NCBI GenBank assembly: GCA_977016875.1
Contig: CDRNST010000171.1
Location: 868,001-932,000 of the forward strand
Origin: Pavona decussata
Taxonomy: Eukaryota
Length of the DNA: 64,000 bases
Direction: 5' to 3'
The notes beneath the pieces are model-generated. The model was not told the DNA's origin and searched no databases. It saw only the letters and a list, made by a program, of their open reading frames with translations. Made by a program: the position numbers and the translations under genes. Shown one piece after another: positions 39,538 through 51,787 of the stretch. How positions within the stretch are numbered: position 1 is the stretch's first letter; the number at the start of each line of letters is the position of its first letter.

Positions 39538-39815
39538 GGTAGAGGATTAGGACCTCTAAATGCCCTGGGGATTAGGACCCTGTGAGAAGATAAGGACCTC
39601 TCTGGATTTGGATTCCGTAGAGAGGATTAGGACCTCTAAATGCCCTGGGGATTAGGACCCTGTGAGAGGATAAGGACCTCTGGATTTGGATTCCGTAGAT
39701 AGGATTAGGACCTTTAAATGCCCTGAGGATTAGGACCCTGTGAGAAGATAAGGACCTCTGGATTTGGATTCCGTAGAGAGGATTAGGACCTCTAATGGCT
39801 TGGGGATTAGGACCC
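39538..39815. repeat. ~78-80 bp minisatellite, ~3.3 units, built from GGATTAGGACC submotifs
   Basis: Repeated GTAGAGAGGATTAGGACCTCTAAATGCCCTGGGGATTAGGACCCTGTGAGAAGATAAGGACCTCTGGATTTGGATTCC. Confidence 0.9.
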
Positions 39816-40458
39816 CAGAACAGGCTTAACACTCTCGTTGCCGAGCAACTCGACCTCGTAGCAAATATTTTCATCCACACTAGCGTCTTAGTATCGTTTT
39901 CACAAGTCCACACTAAAACGCTTGAAAACGATGAAACGACTGAGACCTGCGGTTGCGCGTGTGCATGTAGATGCTCGGATTTGAACTGAAAGGGAGGACG
40001 TGTGACGCTGTTTACGTCATCGTTTTCAGTCTGAAGTCTCCGTTTTTACCTGTCCACACTAAAAATAACGTGAAGTCGTCGCTTTTGAAACCGTTTTTGA
40101 CAGTCTCCGTTTTCATTCACGTTTTTTATGGATTTAGTGTGGATGATACTCAGAAAACGTATCAAAAAGTATTTGCACGAAGCACATTTCCTATTAGTGT
40201 GGACGGGGCCTTAGTTCTGTATGAGGGTCAATCAAGTCTCATGGAGCATCACCCATATTTACTTTCATAATTAATATAATACCCCGCTATAGCTTAATGG
40301 TTTAGTCTTAAAGAGGACCCTTCTGTAAGGAGAATTCCCTTCAGTGAATCACAAGTTTTTATACAGCGATGTTTGCATCCTCATTAAAAATTGTCATCAT
40401 TTAGTTATTTCAAGTGCTAGGCAATTCATGTAACCCGGCGCTTGGTCGCTTTAATTAA

Positions 40459-40819
40459 GGACGGTGCGTACTAATACCGAAGTATTTTTGCGCAGTTTAT
40501 GACTATGCGGGAAAAGCAGATCTTAGAAAGGGCATTTGGAATCCAAAAAGAAAATTGGGGGTAACCACGAATTTGTTAGAAATTACAAAGCAATGTATGC
40601 CATTTTTTCCCAAATTGGAGCTTTATTATCTCTGAAAAATGCATGATTACCCCCAATTTTCTTTTGGATACCAAGAACTCTTGCTAAATTTTACTTTGTC
40701 CGCATAGTTTTAAACCGCACAAAAATATCTCTGTATTAGTAGGCACCACCCATAGGAAACTTGAGTACTGTACCTCGAGATGCGCACAACGTCTGCGCAG
40801 TAACAAAAAGGCACCGTCC
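40459..40819. mobile_element. TTAA-flanked non-autonomous DNA transposon (Kolobok-like GG..CC ends); family copies at 54533-55568 and 60292-60697
   Basis: TTAA|GGACGGTGC.TACT...GGCACCGTCC termini; three homologous copies in the window. Confidence 0.7.
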
Positions 40820-41306
40820 GTAACAAACAGGATCAAGAGAATGATAAATGTATGAAGTGTTGACTAACTTTGAACCTTTTCCTTCGAATTAGTCTGATTT
40901 TGTTAGCGAATGCGTCTTTTGAAAGGTAATTGATAAAGATTTTTTTGGTTTTAAATATTAAAAAAAAATCAGGCAATTACGGTTGTAAAGGGAATTTAAA
41001 ACTTTATGCAAACTCGCCCGATGGAAATACGAACGTTTGCTGCAAGTTTACAAGCGACAGGCGAGAAGAAGTCTTGACAGGTAATGACAATGTAGCATTT
41101 TTAATGTTCTAATTTTCGATCCGATCAATGATGTAACTTGGATAAAAATGATATTAAACATTGATAGCCCTCAATTTTGAAAGGAGATACCGAGGTTCAA
41201 AATCAGCCAAAATCCCATACATTTACTGCAATTGTAACCACATTTGAACCCTAACCGAGAACCAAGATGGCCTCAGAAACCGTAAAAGGTCTAATATATA
41301 GTCATC

Positions 41307-44300
41307 TCAGTCTAATGGAATATCTTCGTTAGTGCCTTTGCGTGGCTGAGCTGGTCTTCTGTCCAAACTATTCAAGAATCGACCACTAACCAATGTTCCA
41401 ATGCCAGCAGGACACAGGGCGTTCAGGTCAAAAGGATCTTCAGCGTCAGGTGGGTTAGCCATTCTTTCCACAATAGCTCCAACATTTTCCGGTGCAAAGT
41501 CGGGTTGCCTTATCATCCACTTCATAGATTGAACAACACCTTGAAATGCATCAAGCATACGACGCCTCATGTTTGATTCACTACTCATCAAAACCTTCAA
41601 ACGAAAACAATATATCATCACACAACACAATACAGAACAATCTTCATTTAACTTAACAGGGGGAGATTTACAAAGTTTTCGTTAAATGAATATAAAAAAG
41701 AAGAAGAAAAAATAACGGAAGCATGTTTAAAATTGTCATAAGAACTGTTTATCAATTTAGGTTTCAATTTGTATTTCTATCAAGAGTGTATCGCCTCATA
41801 AACGCCCGAGGCTGCATTCACAAAGAACATGTCCTTGATTTTGTTAGTGGTATTGTGACAGCTGTGAAATGTATCATGAACATCTGGTCTACAATTTAAT
41901 AGGAGAAAACTTTTTGGGGAAAACTAAATTAAAGTCTCAAAAAATCATAAAATTTATCAAGAATATTTACAGTTTACTAACCTTCAGGTGGACTAAGCAC
42001 CAGAAGACTTCAAACACTGTCAGGAAGTTTTCAGCTTGCATGTTGTGCTCTATTATCATCGCTTTGAGATCTTCCACCAACGACATTTCCAGAGGGTCGG
42101 ACATTTCGAGTGTGTGATCGTCATTGAAGGCCTTGTCGATCAGTTCCTGTCCGGTGGCAAGGTAAATATCTTTCAGGTCATGGAAACTATAACTTGTGTT
42201 TAAATTCCTTTCTTGATGAGTGGCGCCCACTTCAATAGGAACTGTTGACAGTTGTAGATTTGATTGGCTGTCATCATTGCCAATGGTTGAAGGTGCTTTC
42301 ATTTCTCCAGGTCTTTGTCCGACAGTTTCCCCAAGTGGATCGCGCCTTTCCATTTCAGCTAGTTTTGCAGCTTCTTCACTCTGGATTAACTTGGCGAATT
42401 TCATCGGATCTTCTATGATCTCCACAACCTTTTCAGCCAAAGCGTCAAGAATCTCTGGGCTTTCAATATAATCTTCACAGAACAGGTTATATGAACTGAC
42501 AAAGAAATGCCGCAAGTTCTTTTCTATAAGAGATTCCAAAAGGTTCCCGAAGAGTTTCATCACGCACTCAGCTCTGTTGCTTTCGGTCCACATTTCGGCA
42601 CCGGTTTCTTCAATCGTTTGCAGAAAGATGTTTTTCAGATGGAAAGTCACCAAACCCTTTTGTTCCTTAGGACCTTTAAGATGGGCTCGATGATATTTCT
42701 TTAGGCAGCGGTAACATTCTCGCTGAACATCATTCATCTCTTGGCTTAACAGGTATTCTGCATGTGAAAAGGAGATTCTGAAGTCGCATTCCGGATTGCC
42801 CCCTTTCTTTGGTGGCTTGACAACCAAATGGAATCCATTTTGAACCACCTTGTGGACTATGTCTGGCGAGGGCCATTTGCGCTCTCGTTTTATCCACTCC
42901 AGTGCGACCTGTGGCCATCCTGGGCATCTTAAAGCAGGAACTAAATCACACCCAGCCACAATGGGTGCCTTCGGAGGGTCCTTCGATTTGGGGGAAGCTT
43001 TGGCTTCTTCACTAACTGGTTTGAAAAGGTGTTCGATGATGTAGTCTCTTTGGCTTGAAATGGTTTTTAAATCTTCGTATCCATCGTTCGGATTGCGTTC
43101 TAGGACCACAACCCTTGAAGGATCGGGCTCCACTGCTGAGGGTTGTTGTTCTGCGTTTGGCTCACTTTGGCTCTCACTCTTGGGCTTTTCGTGTTCGTTC
43201 TTATTCTGCCCACTCTTGTCGTTCGTAGTTGACTGCTGTGGCATCAGATTTCCTGAAGACTTGTCAAAATTCTGCAATGTTTCCTCCAATTTCTCTTGGT
43301 TTGAAGTGGAGGTAAAGTCTTCAGTAGACTGCTGGTTTTCATCAAAATTTTGTGCCATGACAGACGTTTGTTCCTCGCTTCTTTCGCTTTCGTTGTCGTG
43401 ACAGTTTTCTGGCGTGACATTTTGCATACATTTTCGCTCTGCTGCTTCCGCCGAGTGATCATCCCTTCTTCCGCTTTCGTTTTGAGTTTGACTTTCAATC
43501 TCGCCCATTCTGTCTCTGAAGGTTTTAGCGCGTTCGCTGAAAACTAACTCTTGAAACAGAAGAGGAAATGCTTCTGGTTGGCACAGCAGACCTCTCTCAC
43601 AGTATGACATTTGCACCTCATTAGCAAAGTCGATGTATTCCTTGAAGACATCGGCATGTTCTTTTGAATAGTTGTTTCCACTGGATCTGCAGAACTCATG
43701 GGCAAGCCATTCCCATTCCGCGAAGTCGATATTGGTTAATGTCTCCGGGGTTTTCATCCTTTCGGCCAACTCAGAAATTGAACCATATGACTGGGTTAAA
43801 TCAATTTGTATAGCTGGACAATATTCGTTGTTCTTCCATTGCCAAACACCAGTGTCCCACTTTTCTCGAGACGCGATCTGTAGTGTACGGTTTAAAAGAT
43901 CGATCAGATGTGGCGCTGAACTCCCATAAATTGCAGAGTGGAAATTCTTCAAGGCTGAAGTGGCCACGTACTCAGTGCCCTGCACAAGGCAGGATCGCAA
44001 AACGGGGTGATCGACACCTTTGATTTTCACGTGCATTGGGTTCTCCGAATATTCGATCATTTCGTCGTGGATCATCCGATCATCGGATTTAGGACAGATG
44101 ACTATATCTAAATCACCAACATCATCGGGTGCTGGGCTCTTTAAATCTTCAGCCGCACTCCCGTAGGTTTGAAGTATCATACAAATGTCAAACCTTTGGC
44201 TAGAGAACGCCGACAGCTGCTGTAACAAGAGGGCCACGCAATGTTCCGTGTGTTTCTTCCATAATTCGCCTTCCTTTCCTCGCTCTCCCATCGACTTCAA

Positions 44301-44348
44301 GATGGAGTTTAGATCCTGAGTGTTTTGGTCTTCCTCTTTTGACGCCAT
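41307..44348 (-). CDS. cGAS-like receptor (Mab-21/cGLR nucleotidyltransferase) copy B, 884 aa; exons 44348-41982 and 41594-41307
   Basis: NTase motifs YGSAAE (G63/S64), GDLDIV (D79/D81), CDLVPAL (D468), then WP..A.EW..R.R.WP, FHLVVK, FRISFSHAE, HLKN, RHFFV..YNLF of the Mab-21 family. Phase-0 GT-AG intron 41981-41595. Confidence 0.92.
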
Positions 44349-44419
44349 TTTGTAAAATCGAAATGGAGATTTTCAGTTAAATGTCCCACATTGTTAGAGG
44401 AAATTTATGAGAACGTAGC

Positions 44420-44438
44420 TTTCGATTTCGGTTTTCGA
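44420..44438 (-). promoter_or_regulatory. ISRE/IRF-E-like motif upstream of cGLR B
   Basis: Minus strand reads CGAAAACCGAAATCGAAAG (GAAANNGAAA), ~70-90 bp upstream of the ATG. Confidence 0.6.
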
Positions 44439-44928
44439 TGCTACTTTCCTCCCTACGTCATGTCACAGATCAAAATACAGTTCCCAGTCTTCCTCGTTAC
44501 AGTGCCTGAGGTCGCTCAAACGTCAATAAATCAATTAGTGCTTTTCAACCACAAGGTAGCCTCATAAAACATTAACAGCCAATCTCTGGTGTGAAAGACT
44601 TTTAGCGAGATAGGGTGCACATATCGTTGCTTCTTTTTGTTAGTAAAACGCGTAAGGACATTACGAGGATCGGGATAACGAGTTTTCAGGCCTTGAGTTT
44701 AAATTGTTTATTTTTGCTTATTTTAGCTTAAATTCATCTTTTTGCTCATTCCATTTTCCACTTTCTGAGTTAAAGAATGAAAACAAACATACAAGATAAC
44801 TGGTCTGATTAGGTTTGCACAGTTCGGCGGCTGAAAATTAAGCGGATTATAAGGAGGCAGAAAGTAGGGAACTCCAAGTAATTGTTTTAATTCTGTGTAT
44901 AGCGTTTATTTGGTTCATCGCAATGCGA

Positions 44929-45462
44929 ATAGGCCTTATCACGGTTTTCGACGACATTTTGACGAGTAGGCAAACAGGCTCGAAATAACAGTGTCTGTAT
45001 GGAAATCTGATGTCAAATAATTTTCATCAGAAAACATCGCTTCTGAAAAATTCATGAATTGGAAACTTTTGGCACTAGGAAAAGGATTTAAAGAAAAAAA
45101 ACTTGGAGGGATGTAGCTGTGCCAGAAAGCGTGCAGTCGTGTTTTGAGCTTTCCATACATTTCCCTGTATTTTTTTTCCCGCGAGCCTATTTTTAGAGCA
45201 GTTCACGGCTGGTTCGCTATACGGACAAATGTATGGAAAGTTCAAAACACGACTGGACGCTTTCTGGCACAGCTACATCCCTCCAAGTTTTTTTTTCTTA
45301 AAATCCTTTTCCTAGTGCCAAAAGTTTCCAATTCATGAATTTTCAGAAGCGATGTTTTATGAAAATTATCAGTTGACGTCGGATTTCAATACAAACACTG
45401 TTATTTCACGCCTGTTTGCCTACTCGTCAAAATGGCGTCGAAAACCGTGATATGGCCTATTT
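44929..45462. mobile_element. Foldback/MITE with ~210-bp terminal inverted repeats
   Basis: AATAGGCC.TATCACGGTTTTCGACG.CATTTTGACGAGTAGGCAAACAGGC... is mirrored at the right end. Confidence 0.8.
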
Positions 45463-47195
45463 ATTTTGATGGCCGTCTTGATTGGATAAAAAATTACGAG
45501 ATTTTTCGACTGAACAAAATTTAAAAAATCACGATAGCTTGCTTGCGTGTCGGGAATAAATGCGGTTAACAATGAGCGCTAAGGAAAATATCTTAAAGTA
45601 TCGCTGCATATTTTTACGGGTTGTGCCGTATTTTGGCTAGCCCGTAAATTTATTATCCAACTTAAGCCTTTCTGATTAGTAGCAAAGGAAACTACGAGAA
45701 AAAAAAAATTTAAGCAAGATTAGCACGCGCGTTAGAAAACCTTTCTTTTTGTTGTGCGAATAACCACCAAATTGGTTTTTGTTACAATGCAATGCAATTG
45801 ACTAACTGTATCAATATCGCGTCATATTCGTACTGTTTTCGCATATTTTTCGAACGGTACAAAGTGTAGTTGGATAGTAAAAACTAATATTTCTCAAAAA
45901 CTCCCGGAAATTTTGCCCCCAAAACAATGGATGAATAAATTTTCACGGGAAACTACAACTGGAAAAAGGCCCGAGTGTGACTGATGTCACGCACAGTGCT
46001 GATAAAACTTAGAAGTGAAACTGGCCTGCAACAGTTAAATTTTGTGCTGTCCTTATTTTATTTCTCCTGAAAACGGTCTTTGAGTTTATTTCGTTTTGTT
46101 GCAAGCATTCACCGCGTCATGTTATCGGGATATTCCGTTTCGCATAGCAGTCGAAATAATCGTCAATCCTTTTTCTGGGCACAGCAAACTACCTGTTCTT
46201 CAACACTTCATTAGGTATATTTTCTAGGGTGCATAGCATTTACATTGAAAGCCCGGAAAATTCCAGTTGGAAAATGGTACGCATCATTCCATTTGGAGTA
46301 CTTGTGAAATTATGGGCTTCTGGTCAAAGTGATGCACCCCTTTCCCCGAATAACACGACCAGGACAACATTCAGAAATGAGCCTAGCGAATATTCGACAG
46401 ATTGAAATTTAATTTAGTTTCTACAGATTGTGATTGCACTGCTAAATAAAGTACACTCTCTTAATGCTCCGATTTTTACCCTACAATTCCATTCTACCCA
46501 GTAAAGGCCACTTTGCGTGATTCTTTTAAAAACATTTTTAGATAAAGAATACTGAGAAATATAATTGCTCATATATTGTCTGTTCCATCAACGAAAAAAC
46601 TGTGAGCGTCTTGGAACATGCAATGGCCAAATATAGAAAGCTACGCATATTTTACACGCAATTTAAGGTTGTGTTTACTTTCCGTCAAATATTTCCGCTA
46701 AAGGCGCCCGCCGCACTTTCACTTTTAAGTTTTTCGCCTGTTTATCGACAAGTATTAAATTGACTTCCGTATGTCAAGACCTTAAATTGTAACATTATTC
46801 TTCAAAATGTCGTCACCTCGGCATTGGAAAGAAAAAACTTTTTGAATTGCAAATCGGAAATACAGGTCAAAATATTGAACTGTATGAGCTACTCAAGCTT
46901 TCAAAAATTATATGACACTGATTAGGATTTCCATGGATTTAACGAAAGGCTTGATATCTACCGCTGACAAGGGCTTGCTGGTAATTTCATTTTCAAGCCC
47001 TATTTTAGAAAAGTTAATAAATTCATCGATCCGAAACTAAGCTAGCTGTCTAAAGTAATTCAATTTTATCAGTAGATTTTCATCCATAATTGTATACTTA
47101 CATGCAGAATTAATCTAATACCGCTTTTCAAATTGCCAAGCAAGTGACTTAAATCGTCACAAAGTCAAAGTCATCGCTTCTGTATGAAGGTGACT

Positions 47196-47514
47196 TCAGT
47201 CTAATGGAATGTCATCCGTACTGACTTGTTTTGGCTGGGCTGGTGTTCCCTCGAAAACGTTAAGCCATCTGTTTATAACCTCTGTGCCTATCCCAGCTGG
47301 CAAAAGGTTGTTCAAGTCCAAAGGATCTTCACAATCGGGGTTAAGCGCTCGTTGTGCTATAGCTTCTACATTTTCCATTGCATAGTCATCTTGCCTGACA
47401 ATGTACTTCATGGTTTCAACAACCCCTTGGAGTGCATCGAGCATTCGGCGCCTCATGTTGGGTTCAGTGTTCATCCAAACCTTCAAGAAGGATACAATAC
47501 GCAGATATTATTGG

Positions 47515-47577
<63 letters not shown>

Positions 47578-50500
47578 TTTATTTGTACTCACTCTTGCTC
47601 AAAAATAAAATTACAACAAAGAAAATATTAAAAATAATAATTGGAGTACTGGCTGCCTTGAATAACCATAGGGGCTAGCGGAGCCAGGCAGCCAGTTGGC
47701 ATCAGTATTAAATAGAAATAAAATACAGGTCAGCAAGAAAGCTGAAGCACAAATGCACACATAAAAAGAAAAAGAGGAGAGGAAAAGGCTAATTCTACGC
47801 TGTAAGGGAAGTCTAGAATAGTTAAATTTAAATATAAATACAAAACTGTAATATAAGAAGAGCACGCAATAGCTATGACAACTAATAACAAGCTATATAT
47901 TAAACTATAACAGAAAAAAACATTAAGGCTTTGAAAGGTGACAAAACTAAACCAAAGACTTATTTACAGTGAATTTGCTAGAAAAATTACAAGAAACTAA
48001 CAATCTTTGACAAGATCGTCCGTATCAGTAATAAGTCGACTTGTGTTCTTCAGCAGAGAGCTTTTTTAACATTGATAGATCGGACTACTTAAAAACTTCG
48101 CATATGTAGGTGACCACGACGACATAAAAAATTTCATAGCATGACTTCCTTGAATGATTAAGAATAATCCAGCACTTCCTAGAATAGAACATTCCTCAAC
48201 TTTCTTTATTACACTAGAGCTTTATGGAGTCTTTCAAATGAATCCTGAATGTTACAATACATTGGGCAATGACGAAATCTTGGGAGTTTCACGCGACACT
48301 TTTTGTGCTTAAAGGGGAAGTATCATGGGGTTTTTGGTATCTTTTGTAAAAAATGATGAAATAAGACCTTCAAGTGATCAGCTGCCAAATAATTCTAGAA
48401 TGACAAGAGAACAAAAATTAACTCAATTCTCGAAAGGAACAACTCATGGTTTGTTCTAGCGCATTTTGGAAACAAAGATGCGAGAACTTGAAAAACATTA
48501 GCCTAACATTTTTCAAGTTTCAATCCATACTGGCCTACTCTGTCTCTGGCCAGAGGCGCTAATCAACAGCTTTATTGCACTGGGGTGATACTTTATTACA
48601 AACTTGACAATTATTTCTTTGTTTCTGCTGACAGACAAACATTTTTGGGTTTTGAAATGACAGCAAATTTGCGTGATACTTCCCTTTTAATTTTTAACAC
48701 GACTCTTATGTCATAAATTGAGTGGCCAGAAATGCTGCTGTCCGGCAAATCATTTATTTCCTTAAAAGCCTGTTCTGGAGTCAGCTTAACTACATGACTC
48801 ACTGTGGTAAGCGTTAAACACGTACAGCTAAACCTGATTGCCTTGATAACTTGCAATCAAGGCAAATGATGCTAACAGCGATTGAAACATCGATCTCTCC
48901 TCATTTATAAGTCCTTGCGTGGAACGCTAAGTTGTGGCCGCCATTCAAACGAAAATTCTTCACCGACACTTTCCTGAAATATTGTTTGTTTCTCGGACTT
49001 TTACGAGATTAAATTTAGTCCTCTTCGTAAATTTTGATTTTGGAAATAAATTTGAGTGGTATAATCATATTTCCTAGACTGTTTTGAATTCTTATAGAGC
49101 CGTTTGACAAGGTAGCAAACTAACCTTCAAATAGATCGTGTCCCAGAAGACTTCAAACGTTCTCAAGAACTCCCCAGCTTGAATGTTGTGCTTTGCAGTT
49201 ATCTCTCTGAGATCCTTCACCAAGGACGTTTCCAGAGGGTCGCGGATTTGATGTGCGTGGTCGTCGTTGAAGGCCATATCGACCAATTCCTGGCAGATTG
49301 CTAGGTAAATATCTTTCAGGTCATGGTAACGAGGACTTGTGTTTGAATTACTTCCTTTTTGTGTACAGGTGCCCTTTTCCGTGGGAACAGTAGAAGGTTC
49401 AAGCTTTGTTTGGACCTCATCATTGCCTCTCGATGAAACTACGTCCATTCTGCCATGACTTTTTCCTGAAGCAGTGTTTGCAGCTAGGTTGCTGTTTGGG
49501 GCGCATTTTTCTTTTTCCGCTTTCTTTGCAGCGTCTTCTTCTTCAATCAACTTGGCGAATTGAATCGGATTTTCTATGATGTGCGCAGCTTTTTCAGCCA
49601 AGGATCCCAGAATTTCGGTGTTTTCAATATAATCTACACTGAACAGATTATATGATCTAACAAAGAAATGTCGCAAGTTCCGAGTCACAAGTGCTTCCAG
49701 GAGGTTTCTCAAGAGCTGCATCATGCACTCAGTTCTGTTGCTTTCGGTCCACATTTCGGCACCGGTTTCTTCAATCGTTTGCAGAAAAAGGTTCTTCAGA
49801 TGAAACGTCACCAAACCCTTTGGATCTTTGGAAAGATAAGCTCGATGATATTTCTTCAGACAGCGGTAACAGTCGCGTTGGACTTCGTTTAACTCTTGGC
49901 TTAACAGGTATTCTGCATGGGAAAAGGAGATTCTGAAGTCGCATTCTGGATTGCCTCCCTTCTTTGGTGGCTTGACAACCAAATGGAACCCATCTTGAAC
50001 TACCTTGTGGACTATGTCTGGCGAGGGCCATTTGCGCTCTCGTTTTATCCACTCCAGTGCGACCTGTGGCCATCCTGGAGATCTCAAAGCAGGGACTAAA
50101 TCAAACCCACCCAGCATACGATTATCGTTCAGTTCAGGAGTTCCTTTGGTTTCCTCAGTGCCTGTTTTGAAAACATGCTCAGAGATTAGGTCAGTTATGC
50201 ATGAAAGGGACTTGAAATCGTCGTGATCCCTTGGGTTTTTGTTATGACGAACACTTTGTAGAATCCCTGTTGGGGGTTGCTGCCTTTCGTCTGACACACT
50301 TTGGCTGTCTCTCTCGAGGTCTTCATATTCGTTATTACTGTGATCACTGTTGTCACTCGCACCATTGTTTTCTTCAGATGATTGTTTTGACATCCGATCT
50401 CCCGAAGAACAGGCAGGATCCTGTAATGTAACTCCCACTGGCAATGTTCGGCTTGAACGGGATCTTAAGTCTCCACCAGACCTCTGAAAGCCAACAAAAT

Positions 50501-51506
50501 TTGGTGGCGTGACAGGTGACTCATCTTTGGACGGTAAACTTCCTTGTGACTCGTTTTCCTTACTTCCTTCACTTTCAATTTCTTGACAGTTTTCTGACGT
50601 TTCCAGGAAACAGCTTTCACTCTTTCTGCTTTCGTTCTTTCTTCGTTCTTCGATATTGCGAACTCTCTCTGCCAATTTTTTGGTGCGCTCGCTGAAAACT
50701 AGTTCTTGTAGCAGAAGGGGAAACGTTTGTGGTTTGCATAGCAAGCCTTTTTCAAAGTGGGAGGATTGCACTTCTCTTGCAAAGTCGAGATATTCGTTGA
50801 CTACTTCAGCGTGCTCTCTTGAATAATTTCCGCCTTTTAATTTGCAGAAAGTATTGGCTAACCATTCCCATTCCACTGTGTCAAGATTGGTCAACGTTTC
50901 CGAGTGTTTCTGCGTTTCCAATACCCCAGACAAAGGACCATCCGAGTGGGTGTAATTAAGTTGTAGAGCTGGACAAGCTTCGTTGTTCTGCCATTGCGCG
51001 GAAACTTTACCCATCTCCCCTCGAGACGCGAAGTCAAGTATACGAGTTGCAAAGTCGACCAAATGTGGGGAAGATTTCCCGTAAATTTCAGAATGGAAAT
51101 TCTTCAAGGCTGAAGTGGCCACGTACTCAGTGCCCTTCACCAGGCAGGATCGTAAAACGGGGTGATCGACACCTTTTATTTTTACGTGCATTGGGTTCTT
51201 GGCGGAATATTCGATCATTTCGTCGTGAATCATCAAATCATCGGATTTGGGACAGATGATTATATCTAGATCACCAACATCATCGGGTGCTAGGCTCTTT
51301 AAATCTTCAGCTGCACTCCCATAGAGTTGAAGGACCACGCAATTATCGAACTGTCGGCTCAAATACTCATTTAATTTCTTTAACAGGTAGCTTGGGCAAT
51401 GTTCAGTATAATCTTTCCATAGCTCGCCTTCCTTTCCTCGCTCTCCCATCAACTTGAAGATGAGATTTAGGTCCCGGGTTTTTTCGTCTTCTTCTCTCGA
51501 CGCCAT
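47196..51506 (-). CDS. cGAS-like receptor (Mab-21/cGLR) copy C, 888 aa; exons 51506-49125 and 47480-47196
   Basis: Same motifs (YGSAAEDL, GDLDII, FDLVPAL, FRISFSHAE, RHFFVRSYNLF). Phase-0 intron 49124-47481. Exon 2 VWMNTEPNMRRRMLD...DDIPLD. Confidence 0.92.
47517..47576. repeat. (TCAA)n microsatellite in the cGLR C intron
   Basis: Directly visible. Confidence 0.95.
48309..48690. mobile_element. TTAA-flanked MITE in the cGLR C intron
   Basis: TTAAAGGGGAAGTATCA...TGATACTTCCCTTTTAA inverted ends. Confidence 0.6.
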
Positions 51507-51710
51507 TCTAAAAAATCGAAATGTCCCTTAGTGCAACAGGTTTCAAATACTATTTCTGCAGTACGCTTGGGAAACATATATGCTACGTTTGTGTTGTTTC
51601 ATTTTCTAGTGGTATTTATGAGCTATTATTGCCGGGACGGGTAACCTTTCATGGTTAATCTTGTAGAACAGTTTTGATGATCTGATTTGACATTTTCAAT
51701 TGCATTAAAC

Positions 51711-51787
51711 TTTCAGTTTCTCTAGTGCTATAGGTTAAGTTAAGTTTGCTCGAGCGTTTCCTTGTCCAAACTTAGTTGAAACCGAAA
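51711..51787. promoter_or_regulatory. Two ISRE-like motifs upstream of cGLR C
   Basis: TTTCAGTTTC (51711-51720; GAAACTGAAA on -) and GAAACCGAAA (51778-51787), ~205-280 bp upstream of the ATG. Confidence 0.55.

Noticed and set aside
42220-43929. Antisense and alternative-frame ORFs over cGLR and GPCR genes that recur between paralogs
   Set aside because: Recurrence follows from nucleotide similarity of the sense genes; no independent coding evidence.
41967-51506. Bacterial CBASS-type operon or horizontally acquired CD-NTases
   Set aside because: Spliceosomal introns, Mab-21 C-lobe motifs and animal neighbours indicate native metazoan cGLRs; no Cap effector genes seen.
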